A stretch of DNA of 62,938 bases, filler included, from Candidatus Eiseniibacteriota bacterium (lineage in GTDB: Bacteria > Orphanbacterota > Orphanbacteria > Orphanbacterales > Orphanbacteraceae): NCBI GenBank assembly GCA_043809585.1. It is 5 parts of 5 records of this genome, joined end to end, with 100 filler letters (N's around TTAATTAATTAA, not from the genome) between each part and the next. Parts side by side here need not be neighbours in the genome. Positions count along the whole stretch, not along the records: positions 1 to 13,686 come from JBDROZ010000074.1; positions 13,787 to 22,303 come from JBDROZ010000078.1; 3 more parts are not named here. One strand, given 5' to 3'. The position numbers and the translations under genes were made by a program. This document shows positions 9,712 to 18,817 of this stretch, in pieces (positions within the stretch are counted from its first letter, which is position 1; each line of letters opens with the position of its first letter). The notes under the pieces are model-generated. The model saw only the letters and a list, made by a program, of their open reading frames with translations. It was not told the DNA's origin and did not search any database.

Positions 9712-11676
9712 ATGAAGAAAGTCTTGGCGATCGCGGGTCTGGCCGTTTTCATGATGGCGGGGCTTGCCTACGGAGTGTGTGGTCCGGACGGCTACGCGGA
9801 GGTAACGATCCAGCAGATTCAGCTCGGTCTCGGCGTCCTCGAAGGGGACACGGTCTGGGTGGACAGCGTAGTCGTGACCGGTCTTCGTGAGAACGGTTTC
9901 TGGGTCTCCGAGCTCCTCGACACGGCGGCCCAGTTCTCCGGCATTTTCGCATATACACAGGCCGCTCCTACGGTCAGCCCCGGAGACCTGGTGAACATGA
10001 GGGCGGAGTACATCGAGTACAACGACTGGAGCGAGCTCCGGGTCTACAGGGACCCATGGTGCTACGAGGTGATTGGCACGGCGAACATACCGGTTCCAGC
10101 CGGGCCCCTGACCTGCTGCGACATCAACGACTCGCTCCTGAACACCGCCGCTGAGCCTTGGGAAGGCGTCCTCGTCTATGTCGACTCGGTCCAGGTGACG
10201 AACACATACGACTTCGGCAACTTCGTCGTCAAGGAGTACGACGCGGACGCCGGCTGCGCCACCGTCGAAACCCTCATCATCGCCCGGAACGCCTTTGAGA
10301 CCATTGCCGTTCCGGATAGCGCCGACTCCCTCGCTCGGATCATCGGCGTCGTGGACTATAACTCCAACGGAACGACCTTCGGCTACTACGCGCTCCAACC
10401 GAGGACGAACAACGACATCGTCTTCCTCGGCCTCCCACCCGCACCGCGCACCCTGTTCGCCTATCCGAGGGATGATTCCCACTTGATCGTCGTTTTCGAC
10501 CGGACGCTCCAGCAGTCGTCCGCCGAGAACGTGGCGAACTACTTTGTGACGACTTTCGACATCCTGATCACGGCGGCGGTGATGAGCGCCGACTCGATGC
10601 AGGTGGAGCTCACCACGACGGACATGTCCATCTTCCAGGCCCTCCTGGAGCACCGCGAGCTGACGGTCCAGAACGTGGCGAACGCCCAGGGCGTCGCCAT
10701 GACGGCGCCGAACTCGGAGTTCTTCGTTCCGGGCGTCAAGAACTGCGAGCTGATCCAGACTCAGATCTCGGCTCTCAACGACAGCTCTGTAATCGAAGGC
10801 CTTACCGCGTGCGTCGGGGCCATCGTGACTGCGGTCCCGAACGAGTCCTACGCGAATAGACACTTGTTCGTGCAGGATCGAAACACCGCCTTCGGCGCCG
10901 GCCTGGATTGCTACGTTTCCGGCTATCCTAACATCGCCACGTTCCCCGTGGCGCGGGGTGACTCGGTGCTCGTGGCCGGGCTCGTTGAGGAATGGTATCG
11001 CCTGACCGAGTTGAGCCCGGTGGACTATATCGAGGTCGTGAGCAGCGGCCACGCGGTTCCCGACCCGGTCACGGTCCCCGTGGCCCTCATCAACGGTCCG
11101 CCGGAGACCGCGGCGGAGGCGTACGAGAGCAAGCTGGTCCGGATCGAGAACGTCGTGGTGCTCCACCCGATCGTATCGTACGGCGAGTGGTACGCGGAGG
11201 ACGGGGCCGGCGACTCGATCATGATCGACGACCTCTTCGACCCCGGGATCGATCCGTACGTGCCGGCCCTCGGCGACTCGTTCGCCTTCATCCAGGGCGT
11301 TCTCACCTACCAGTTCGACGACATGAGCCTCGAGCCCCGGGACCAGGACGACATCTTCGTCGTCGGCCTGACCGGCGTGGAGGGCGATGTCCCGGCGGTG
11401 AAGAACGACCTGGCCCAGAACCGGCCGAACCCGTTCAACCCGACGACGACGATCCACTTCTCGCTGGAGAGTCGTTCGGAGGTCAGCCTGAAGGTGTTCG
11501 ACGTGGCGGGCCGCGAGGTCCGCGCCCTCGAGAACCGCGCCCTCCAGGCGGGGCAGCACAGCGTCACCTGGGACGGGACGAACAACCAGGGACAGGCGGT
11601 ATCGAGCGGGATCTACTTCTACCGCATCGAGGCGGGTCGGTTCGAAAGCACGAAGAAGATGGTGCTTCTGCGCTAG
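9712..11676 (+). CDS. Secreted protein with repeated OB-fold-like modules, Ig-like domain and T9SS/FlgD-Ig C-terminal domain
   Basis: RBS GGAGG; signal peptide; duplicated module (AEPWEGVLV / AEAYESKLV); C-terminus LAQNRPNPFNPTTTIHF..WDG..SGIYFYRI..TKKMVLLR. Confidence 0.82.
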   Translation: MKKVLAIAGLAVFMMAGLAYGVCGPDGYAEVTIQQIQLGLGVLEGDTVWVDSVVVTGLRENGFWVSELLDTAAQFSGIFAYTQAAPTVSPGDLVNMRAEYIEYNDWSELRVYRDPWCYEVIGTANIPVPAGPLTCCDINDSLLNTAAEPWEGVLVYVDSVQVTNTYDFGNFVVKEYDADAGCATVETLIIARNAFETIAVPDSADSLARIIGVVDYNSNGTTFGYYALQPRTNNDIVFLGLPPAPRTLFAYPRDDSHLIVVFDRTLQQSSAENVANYFVTTFDILITAAVMSADSMQVELTTTDMSIFQALLEHRELTVQNVANAQGVAMTAPNSEFFVPGVKNCELIQTQISALNDSSVIEGLTACVGAIVTAVPNESYANRHLFVQDRNTAFGAGLDCYVSGYPNIATFPVARGDSVLVAGLVEEWYRLTELSPVDYIEVVSSGHAVPDPVTVPVALINGPPETAAEAYESKLVRIENVVVLHPIVSYGEWYAEDGAGDSIMIDDLFDPGIDPYVPALGDSFAFIQGVLTYQFDDMSLEPRDQDDIFVVGLTGVEGDVPAVKNDLAQNRPNPFNPTTTIHFSLESRSEVSLKVFDVAGREVRALENRALQAGQHSVTWDGTNNQGQAVSSGIYFYRIEAGRFESTKKMVLLR

Positions 11677-11702
11677 TTTCTTCGCGGTATTCGTGAATTA
11701 TG

Positions 11703-11730
11703 AAGGGGGGCTCGCCGGAGCCCCCCTTTT
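11703..11730 (+). terminator. Rho-independent terminator
   Basis: AAGGGGGGCTC-GCCG-GAGCCCCCCTT followed by Ts. Confidence 0.8.
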
Positions 11731-12227
11731 CAGTTGTAGTACGGGCGGGGCCTGACCGGGGCTGTCCGCTGCGATGCTCGGCAGTCGCGCACCGGTCTCT
11801 CTCGCCTGCTTCATATGAACCGCACGTTTCGTTTTCGATAATGCTCGGCTGATCGAAGGAGAGAACGGAGCGCGGCACAGACGTCGCACCCTCCGAATGC
11901 CCGGGTGGGCGGACACCATTCCCCTCACCCCGGCGAACGAGGACCGGGATTCCGAGGAGAGGGTGCTTCGTCCATGTGCGACTTTGGACAGAGAGGAATT
12001 CGACGGGGTCCAGTCGGCAGTCCTTGCTGATCATTCCCCGCCATGGGCGGGTGGCCGGGGTGTTGGGTGGGGGGTGAAGCGGCGAGTTGCCGGGAGCGCC
12101 GGTGAGCTTCGAGCCGACCACCGGAAGATCGAGTAGGCGCGGACGGCTTGTCTGAGCCGCCATCCCCCCACCCACGCCCCGGACAGGACCCGACCATACG
12201 CCCCATATTAGTAATAGGTTTTGCCGT

Positions 12228-12629
12228 TTATTTCAGGTGATCTCTGAGCTGGGAGAGATCCATGGGGACGAGGTCCCGGAAAGAGAGGGTCTTCGTCTCG
12301 CCATCCTCCCGCACCAGGATCACCTCGCCGTCCCCGGCCATCCACTCCGAAAGAACCTGGAGGCAGGCGCCGCAGGGAGGGAGGAAGAACCCGGTGTCGC
12401 TCCAGATCGCCGCCCGGCGCACCTCCGCATGCCCTTCGCTGACCGCCTTGAAGAGGGCGACCCGCTCGGCGCAGAGGGTGAGGCTGAAAGAGGCGTTCTC
12501 CACGTTGCAGCCCGTGAAGAGCGCCCCATCCGCGGTTTCGAGGGCGCAGCCCACGGCCACGTTCGAGTAGGGAGAGTAGGATCGCTCCGCCGCTTCGCGG
12601 GCGGCCTTCGCGAGCTCTTCCGTCGTCAC
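12228..12629 (-). CDS. cdd: Cytidine deaminase (homotetrameric type)
   Basis: YSPYS..VGCAL..GCNVENAS..CAER..PCGAC zinc motifs; RBS GGAGG before GTG. Confidence 0.93.
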   Translation of the reverse strand: MTTEELAKAAREAAERSYSPYSNVAVGCALETADGALFTGCNVENASFSLTLCAERVALFKAVSEGHAEVRRAAIWSDTGFFLPPCGACLQVLSEWMAGDGEVILVREDGETKTLSFRDLVPMDLSQLRDHLK

Positions 12630-12660
12630 CGGTCGTCACCTCCCCGGGAAAGGGCTTCGC

Positions 12661-12689
12661 AAGTTACCGGACATCCCACGTATCGTCAA
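12661..12689 (-). promoter_or_regulatory. Sigma70-type promoter for cdd
   Basis: Minus strand TTGACG-17 nt-TAACTT. Confidence 0.5.
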
Positions 12690-12703
12690 GGTTTTTCCCC
12701 TTC

Positions 12704-12733
12704 TTGACCCCGCCCGTGCCTCTTGTCTAAGAT
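12704..12733 (+). promoter_or_regulatory. Sigma70-type promoter, divergent from cdd
   Basis: TTGACC-18 nt-TAAGAT. Confidence 0.45.
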
Positions 12734-12754
12734 GGGACGAAACGGGAGGGTCCC

Positions 12755-13387
12755 ATGGACTGGATTCGCGTCTACTGGCCCGCTCTGATCGGCGTCCTCG
12801 TCGTCATTCTCGCCCTCGTCGTGCTTCTCTCGGGGGGAGCCGCCCGAAAGTCCTTCCGGGAGCGGAACCGGGACGGGATCTTCCTCCTCGCCCTCTTCGG
12901 GATTCTCCTCCTCCTCCTCGCCGGAAGCGGCGCCGCCCTCCGGCGATCCGTCGGGGAACTCCAGACGCTCAGGGAGAGCGCCACACGTGAGTCCGAGGAC
13001 CTCCGGCGGCAGAGCCAGGAGTGGTCGCTCCGGTTCTCCCTCGTCCAGGCGGAGCGGGATTCCCTCAGAAACCGGCGGGAGAGAGAAGAGGAGGACGGGG
13101 AAGCCGTCCGGCTCGAGGGACGGGTCGTCCGGGAGGAGGGGAGCGCTCCCGTGCCGGACGCCCGAGTCCGGGTTCTCCGCCGGGACCCCACGAAGCATGT
13201 GAAGGACCGGATCCTCGTCGAATCCCTCGCGTTGGAGCCGGACGGCCGGTTCTCCCTGGAGGTCCCCCGTCTCGGCGAGCGGGGAGTCTACCGGATCGAA
13301 GCCTTCGCCGACGGCTTCGAGACGGCCACTCTCTGGGTGGCCCCCCCCGACGCGGGGAAGCCGGTCGAGATCCGCCTCGTCCCCTAG
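12755..13387 (+). CDS. Hypothetical membrane protein (2 TM, coiled coil, carboxypeptidase-regulatory-like C-domain)
   Basis: RBS GGAGG; two hydrophobic segments; LEGRV..PVPDARV..DGRF..YRIEAFADGF. Confidence 0.65.
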   Translation: MDWIRVYWPALIGVLVVILALVVLLSGGAARKSFRERNRDGIFLLALFGILLLLLAGSGAALRRSVGELQTLRESATRESEDLRRQSQEWSLRFSLVQAERDSLRNRREREEEDGEAVRLEGRVVREEGSAPVPDARVRVLRRDPTKHVKDRILVESLALEPDGRFSLEVPRLGERGVYRIEAFADGFETATLWVAPPDAGKPVEIRLVP

Positions 13388-13549
13388 CCTGGACTATGCA
13401 CAAATCTCCTACTGCGATCTCGGATCGCCGCCTGCGAAGCCTCCTTTCCTTCGCCGCCTCCTCGCCGGGGCCCGTGGCGCACTTTCATCTTCTCGCGACC
13501 GCTCGGAGCGAGAAGTGTTAGTGCGCCGGGGGAGCCCCCCGGGCACTAG
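13384..13549. repeat. CTAG-bounded, hairpin-rich dispersed repeat, family B
   Basis: First 26 nt match the reverse complement of 38004..38029 at 23/26; internal part matches the reverse complement of 13791..13864; two hairpins. Confidence 0.65.
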
Positions 13550-13686
13550 CCCGACTTTGCGGATTCGACCCCGCTTTTGACTATTTTCAAATCGTAAGTC
13601 ATTGATTTCAAAGGCGGGAACCTTCCGAAAAGGATGAAAATGGGCTGTAGTGAAGACCTACCCCCTTTTCAGGGTTGGCCTGAGGC

Positions 13687-13786
13687 NNNNNNNNNNNNNN
13701 NNNNNNNNNNNNNNNNNNNNNNNNNNNNNNTTAATTAATTAANNNNNNNNNNNNNNNNNNNNNNNNNNNNNNNNNNNNNNNNNNNN
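13687..13786. other. Artificial contig linker
   Basis: N run + TTAATTAATTAA (stops in all six frames) + N run. Confidence 0.98.
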
Positions 13787-13790
13787 TTAA

Positions 13791-13864
13791 GCGCCCGACG
13801 GGCCCCGTTGAGGAAGCGGCGAAGGAAAGGAAGCCTCGCAGCCCGCGATCCGAAGCCGCAGTAG
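13791..13864. repeat. Family B repeat, partial inverted copy
   Basis: GGGCCCCG..GAGGAAGCGGCGAAGGAAAGGA..CGATCCGA..CGCAGTAG matches the reverse complement of about 13407..13480. Confidence 0.65.
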
Positions 13865-13892
13865 AATCCCCGAGCGTCGAGCGAATCAAGAA

Positions 13893-14161
13893 GGTCGTGC
13901 ACCCTTCGTCGACCCTCTCCAGCGGAGCGTTCGATTGAAAAACGACTCAGGTCAAGCACACCCGCGGCGCATGGCAAAGTCCGCTTACCGCTGCTACCTT
14001 CCGGTCCTGACGGGGTTCACCAACCGCCATCGCGCGGGACCCGACCGTCGACATCGTCTTCCATTCGCGGCCTCCGCCGAGCCGGGCCTCGGAAGGGAAT
14101 TCAACCCCGCTATAGCGGATTGCGGGTGCAGGGCACCGCTACCTCCCCGTCTAGCACGACC
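13893..14161 (-). ncRNA. ffs: Large bacterial SRP RNA with Alu domain (Bacillus scRNA-like)
   Basis: 5' GGTCGTGCTAGACGGGGAGGTAGCGGTGCCCTG..CGCAATCCGC; helix 8 motif TCAGGACCGGAAGGTAGCAGC; 5' and 3' ends complementary; about 269 nt. Confidence 0.93.
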
Positions 14162-14203
14162 GAATTCACGAACGACGTTGGACGGACCGTCCGAAGAAAA
14201 AGA

Positions 14204-14279
14204 TGGTGGAGATGATCGGGATCGAACCGACGACCTCTGCCTTGCGAAGGCAGCGCTCTCCCAACTGAGCTACATCCCC
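14204..14279 (-). tRNA. tRNA-Ala(CGC)
   Basis: Cloverleaf; anticodon arm CTGCC-TT-CGC-AA-GGCAG; G3:U70 pair; encoded CCA. Confidence 0.95.
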
Positions 14280-14298
14280 ATACCATGCCTGGGCGATC

Positions 14299-14388
14299 TG
14301 GCGGAGAGTGAGGGATTCGAACCCTCGGTAGGGTTGCCCCTACACGTGATTTCCAGTCACGCCGATTCAACCACTCTCGCAACTCTCC
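14299..14388 (-). tRNA. tRNA-Ser(GGA)
   Basis: Anticodon arm CGTGA-CT-GGA-AA-TCACG; long variable arm; CCA. Confidence 0.95.
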
Positions 14389-14436
14389 CCTATGTCCGAC
14401 GATCGTCCCTGGGGACGACCGACATTATACGCGAAA

Positions 14437-14526
14437 TGGCGGAGAGAGTGGGATTCGAACCCACGGAGGAGTTGCCTCCTCAACGGTTTTCGAGACCGTC
14501 CCATTCAACCACTCTGGCATCTCTCC
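14437..14526 (-). tRNA. tRNA-Ser(CGA)
   Basis: Anticodon arm ACGGT-CT-CGA-AA-ACCGT; long variable arm; CCA. Confidence 0.95.
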
Positions 14527-14616
14527 GGCGCCGGCGCAACCGATTGGCCTCGAATAAAATACAATGCCCGGCTTCGGGCCGCCAACGAAAAGGAGCCTCG
14601 AAAAGCTCCGCGAATG

Positions 14617-14645
14617 AGGGTATAGGCCGGGCGCCGGTTCTGCAA
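14617..14645 (-). promoter_or_regulatory. Possible promoter of the tRNA/ffs cluster
   Basis: Minus strand TTGCAG-17 nt-TACCCT. Confidence 0.35.
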
Positions 14646-14844
14646 GCCCTTTCGGGGCGGGATGAAGGGGAAGCAGGAGATTCACGACCAGGCGCCGGAA
14701 CTCGGGAAGACCAGCCTTGATTTCGGTGGGCGGGAGCCGGGCGTTCCGCCCCATAGGGTGAGGCCGGCGCGCTGCGGAACCCGCCGCCTCAGCCTGACCC
14801 CCTGGCTCCCGGCTCGGCCCGAGACGCGTGAGTCTCTCGGAATA

Positions 14845-15870
14845 TCAGGGCTGGGCGACCCTCCGCCGGAGGCGCTCCTTGACGGCGGTGAATCCGACCA
14901 GTCTCTCCCGCTCCTCGTCCCAGAGCCGGAAGGAAAGGGCCTTCAAGCTCGCGCGCAAGGTGACCGGCGGGATCGCGCGAAAGAGAGGGCTCGCCTCGTG
15001 ACAGGCCTCCAGATAGTAATTGGGGATGCGAGGGCTCAGGTGGTGAATGTGGTGGTATCCGATGTTGCCGGTGAACCACTGGAGAATCCGGGGCATCCGA
15101 TAGTACGAGCTTCCCTGGAGCGCCAGGGTCACGGGGCACCAGCGTTCCTCACTCGCCCGGTAGGTCCCTTCGAACTGGTGCTGGACGTAGAAGAGCCAGA
15201 TGCCCGCCGTCGCGGCGATGGCGAGAACGGGGAGCTGGATCATCACGTACGCCTTGAGTCCGATCGTCAGGGCGGCGGCGGTGAGAATGCCGAGAATCGC
15301 CAGGTTGGCGCGGATGGCGCTCCTGCGGGCCCGAGGGCCGTCGCCGGGTTTCCAGTAGCGGTAACGGATCAGAAACGTGAAGAGGGGGCCGAAGCCGAAC
15401 ATCACGAGCGGATGCCGGTAGAGCCGGTACCGGAACCGGTTCCACCGGGACATGGCCGTGTACTCGGCGACGGTGACCGTCCAGATGTCCCCGACGGGCG
15501 GGCGGCCGATCTTCCCCGCCACCGCGTGATGTTTCGCGTGCTCGTGACTCCAATGATAGGAAGGGAAGAACGCGAGAAGCCCGGTGAAAGCCCCGACGAT
15601 TCGGTTGGCCTTGGCCGACCGGAAGAAGGCTCCATGCCCGCAGTCGTGGAAGATGATGAACGCCCGGGAGAGGAACCCGGCCGCCGGAAGGGCGAGGGCG
15701 AGGGTGATCCAGTAAGAGACCCGGAGACTGAAGTACATGGCGACGAGAAGGGCGAAGTAAGGGAGGATCGTGTCGGCGATCTGCGTCAGACTGCGCCGGA
15801 GGGAGGGGCGGACGTAATCGGCGACCACCTCCCGCCAACCGGAGTCCGCCGCGGTCGAATTCGGGTCCAT
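14845..15870 (-). CDS. Membrane fatty acid desaturase (Bacillus Des-like)
   Basis: His boxes HDCGH, HAKHH, HHIHH; WLFYVQHQFE; TM segments; start taken at MDPNST. Confidence 0.9.
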   Translation of the reverse strand: MDPNSTAADSGWREVVADYVRPSLRRSLTQIADTILPYFALLVAMYFSLRVSYWITLALALPAAGFLSRAFIIFHDCGHGAFFRSAKANRIVGAFTGLLAFFPSYHWSHEHAKHHAVAGKIGRPPVGDIWTVTVAEYTAMSRWNRFRYRLYRHPLVMFGFGPLFTFLIRYRYWKPGDGPRARRSAIRANLAILGILTAAALTIGLKAYVMIQLPVLAIAATAGIWLFYVQHQFEGTYRASEERWCPVTLALQGSSYYRMPRILQWFTGNIGYHHIHHLSPRIPNYYLEACHEASPLFRAIPPVTLRASLKALSFRLWDEERERLVGFTAVKERLRRRVAQP

Positions 15871-16156
15871 GATCCGGACGATGTTCCTTTCCGGGGCCGG
15901 AGGGTTCGCGAAGACACAATCACCCGGCGCCCTGAAACCACGCATGAACCGGGAGCGGCCCATCGACGAGACAGGGGACCAGATCCATCACCGATCATCG
16001 ATTTCGCGAAGGCCCGGTGGGCGTGTCGAATCGGGATGAGGAACCCTGAATTGCTTCTATCAATATAGGTCAATTGCCGGGTAGGTCAAAGGCTTTCCCC
16101 CGAGAGACAGGGGGGACGGCAGCCCTCGGGGACCCCGGCGCCGGCATTGCGGCGAA

Positions 16157-16624
16157 TCACTCCTTCCTCTTCTTCCGGAAGAACTCCTCGAGGATCGAGC
16201 CGCACTCCCGTTCGAGGATGCCGTGGAGCACGTCGGCCCGGTGGTTCAGGCGGGGATCTTGGACGACTCCGGCGAGGGAGACGCAGGCCCCCGCCTTCGG
16301 GTCGGTGGCGCCGAAGACGAGCCTTTCGAGGCGGGCGAGAACGATCGCTCCGGCGCACATGTGGCACGGCTCCAACGTGACGTAGAGCGTGGCCCCCTCG
16401 AGACGCCACGAGCCGAGGGCCTCGGCGGCCGCGCCGATGGCGAGGATCTCCGCGTGGGCGGTCGGGTCCATCGTCCCCTCCGTCCGGTTGTGCCCCCGCC
16501 CGATCACCCGCTCCTCATGGACGACCACCGCGCCGACCGGCACCTCCTCCTCCTCGAGGGCCGCCTCCGCCTCCCTGAGGGCGAGGCCCATCCATTTCTC
16601 ATGGTCGGCGATCGAATGAATCAC
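16157..16624 (-). CDS. tadA: tRNA adenosine(34) deaminase
   Basis: EVPVGAVVV, DPTAHAEI, LYVTLEPCHMCAGA, LNH, FF. Confidence 0.93.
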   Translation of the reverse strand: MIHSIADHEKWMGLALREAEAALEEEEVPVGAVVVHEERVIGRGHNRTEGTMDPTAHAEILAIGAAAEALGSWRLEGATLYVTLEPCHMCAGAIVLARLERLVFGATDPKAGACVSLAGVVQDPRLNHRADVLHGILERECGSILEEFFRKKRKE

Positions 16625-16735
16625 GACGCGATCTCCCCATTCCTGACCAGATACCTTATTTCAAGAAGGTATCAGATTCCGAAGGAACCCGATACCGACG
16701 GGGAATCCGATACCGTTGGAAGCGGCTGCCGAGGA

Positions 16736-18679
16736 TCAGCGGAACGCCCTTGCCAGAGGGTGCTCGGGGGCGATGCGGACCCCTGCGGCCGCGGCCCGGG
16801 CGGCTCCTTCCCGGTCGCCGGCGCGGAGCAGTTGGTGGGCAAGGTAGAGATGTCCCTCGGGCCGATCGGGGGCGATCCGCCGGACCTCTTCGAAGGCGGC
16901 CCGCGCCTCCGCCGGCCGGCCCGTCTCGTCGAGGATCACGCCGGCGAAGAGCCGGCTCCGCCACTCCTCCGGGTCCTCCGCCGCGATCTCCCGGTAGATG
17001 CGAAGGGCCTCCTCGGGGAAGCCCGCTTGGTGATAACCCCGGGCGAGATGAAGCGGCCCCTCCTCCGCCCGGGGGGCGAGGAACGCCGCTTCGGCGAGTT
17101 CTTCCCGCGCCCGCGCCTGCCGTCCCGCCGCGGCGAGGCACCGCGCGTAGTGGAGCCGGAAACCGAAGAGCACCTCCCGCTCCGTCGCCCCGATTCGTTC
17201 CGGCGGGGGCGCCCGGAGCCCGATCCGGTCCCACTCGTCCCTCCACATCAGCTGCTTCCCCGGCGGCGCCGCATAGAGGGCGATCCCCTGAGGCGAGACC
17301 GGCGTCCCGCCCGCCGCTTCCCAGGTCGTGAAGAAGAGGGGAAGCCGCTCTCCGGGCGGGGTCCGCCAGACATCCTTCGGCGCTTCGATCCGCACGTCGG
17401 GCCGGTACCCTTCCACTTGCTGCACGTAGAGAAGGGGGAAGAGCAGGTGCCCCTCGACGGTATGGAGCGTCGCGTCCGGGGGAAGGTCGGCGAGGTAGCT
17501 CCTCGCGAGATCGTCCGCGATGTGGTCCCCCCTCCGGGGGCCGGGGAATTCCGCGGCGAGCCGGGGACCGGCAATGACGATCACGAGGAGCGGCGCGAGC
17601 CACCGGGCCCGGGCGGCCCGGACCAAGCCGTGGAGGCCGACCCCCGCCGCGCCGGCGAGGAGCGCGGCCACGGGCAAGAGGAAGATCCGGTTCGACGCGA
17701 CCGACGGCACCGTGGGGCGGAGGTCGACCGCCGCGAGGGTGCCGAGGAACCCGGCCACGATCGCCGCCGCGAGAAGCGCCCCCCGCCCCCTCCATCTCAT
17801 GAGGAGGAGCCCCGCGCCGAGGAGGCCGAGGAAAATCCCGGCGATCCCGATCTCCTCGGCGAGAAGTCCGGCGCCGATCCTCGTCTTCTCCGCGAATGAT
17901 GCCCCCCCCTCCGCGGGCCCGGCCATGCCGGGGAGATCGCCGTAGGGCAATCGGAGAACGTGCCCGATCGCGCCGCCGATCGTGTCCGGGTTTCCCCAGC
18001 GAAGGGGAACGCCGGAACGGGCCCGGATCGGGAGGTAGGCGATCACCGTGATCGCGACGAGGAAGAGAACGGCCATGGCCACCATCATCCGCTTCCCCGT
18101 CCCCTTCCGGATCAACGCGAGAATCGCCAGGAAGGGAAGATAGAAGAGGCCGATCGGATGATGGGCGGCCGCGAGGCCCGCCCCGTACGCCCCCCCGACC
18201 CTCCCCCGCATTCCCTCCCCGAGGAGGAGGGTCGGCGCGAGCAGAAAGAGGAAGATCGCGGGGGCGTACACCTCCGCCGCCGTCGCCTGGGCGTGGAACG
18301 TGGGGGCGAAGGCGAAGAGGGCGCCGCCGAAGAGGGCCGCGAAATCGGACCCGGTCACCCGCGCCACGGCCCGGTAGAGGAGCGCCGCTGCCGCCGCCGC
18401 GAAGAGGGCCGAGAGGACGTTCATCCGCGCCGCCGGCGATCCGGCCGGTATCGAAAGAGCGATCTTTCCGAGGAGCGTGTAGAGGGGATAGCCGGGCGGG
18501 TGGGCGACGCCGAGGAGAGACGCCGCCGTGACCAGCTCCCCCCCATCCCCCGCCGGAACCGACGGCGCGAGGGTGGCGAGATAGAAGAGGAGAACCACCG
18601 CGCCGAAGAGGAGCGATCGGAGCGTCGAGATGCCGAGGAGCCTTCCATGGCGATCTCTCGACTCGCTGCCCTGAATCAT
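16736..18679 (-). CDS. DUF2723/TMEM260-like GT-C glycosyltransferase with C-terminal TPRs
   Basis: GDGGELVTAA..LGVAHPPGYPLY, AEVY; many TM segments; TPR helices; start uncertain. Confidence 0.8.
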   Translation of the reverse strand: MIQGSESRDRHGRLLGISTLRSLLFGAVVLLFYLATLAPSVPAGDGGELVTAASLLGVAHPPGYPLYTLLGKIALSIPAGSPAARMNVLSALFAAAAAALLYRAVARVTGSDFAALFGGALFAFAPTFHAQATAAEVYAPAIFLFLLAPTLLLGEGMRGRVGGAYGAGLAAAHHPIGLFYLPFLAILALIRKGTGKRMMVAMAVLFLVAITVIAYLPIRARSGVPLRWGNPDTIGGAIGHVLRLPYGDLPGMAGPAEGGASFAEKTRIGAGLLAEEIGIAGIFLGLLGAGLLLMRWRGRGALLAAAIVAGFLGTLAAVDLRPTVPSVASNRIFLLPVAALLAGAAGVGLHGLVRAARARWLAPLLVIVIAGPRLAAEFPGPRRGDHIADDLARSYLADLPPDATLHTVEGHLLFPLLYVQQVEGYRPDVRIEAPKDVWRTPPGERLPLFFTTWEAAGGTPVSPQGIALYAAPPGKQLMWRDEWDRIGLRAPPPERIGATEREVLFGFRLHYARCLAAAGRQARAREELAEAAFLAPRAEEGPLHLARGYHQAGFPEEALRIYREIAAEDPEEWRSRLFAGVILDETGRPAEARAAFEEVRRIAPDRPEGHLYLAHQLLRAGDREGAARAAAAGVRIAPEHPLARAFR

Positions 18680-18736
18680 GAGTCTCCCATGAACCAATCC
18701 TGTCGGCTGATCAAGTGTAGAGGAGTCTCGTCGGCT

Positions 18737-18788
18737 CGCCCTTCGATACACCGCCTCGCTCTACTCGGCGGCACTCAGGACGAACGGG
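18737..18788 (-). repeat. 52-bp REP-like element, family C
   Basis: Reverse complement is CCCGTTCGTCCTGAGTGCC-hairpin-GGTGTATCGAAGGGCG, with the same ends as 22165..22216. Confidence 0.75.
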
Positions 18789-18817
18789 TTTCCTTTCCCC
18801 TCTCGACCGACCCGACC

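Noticed and set aside
11737-12200. About 460-bp intergenic stretch with short ORFs
   Set aside because: No credible RBS, protein motif or recognisable RNA structure
13687-13786. TTAATTAATTAA motif flanked by Ns, repeated four times in the window
   Set aside because: Artificial contig-joining linker; cross-contig gene adjacency was not used as evidence
13935-14754. ORFs over the ffs/tRNA cluster
   Set aside because: They are translations of RNA genes
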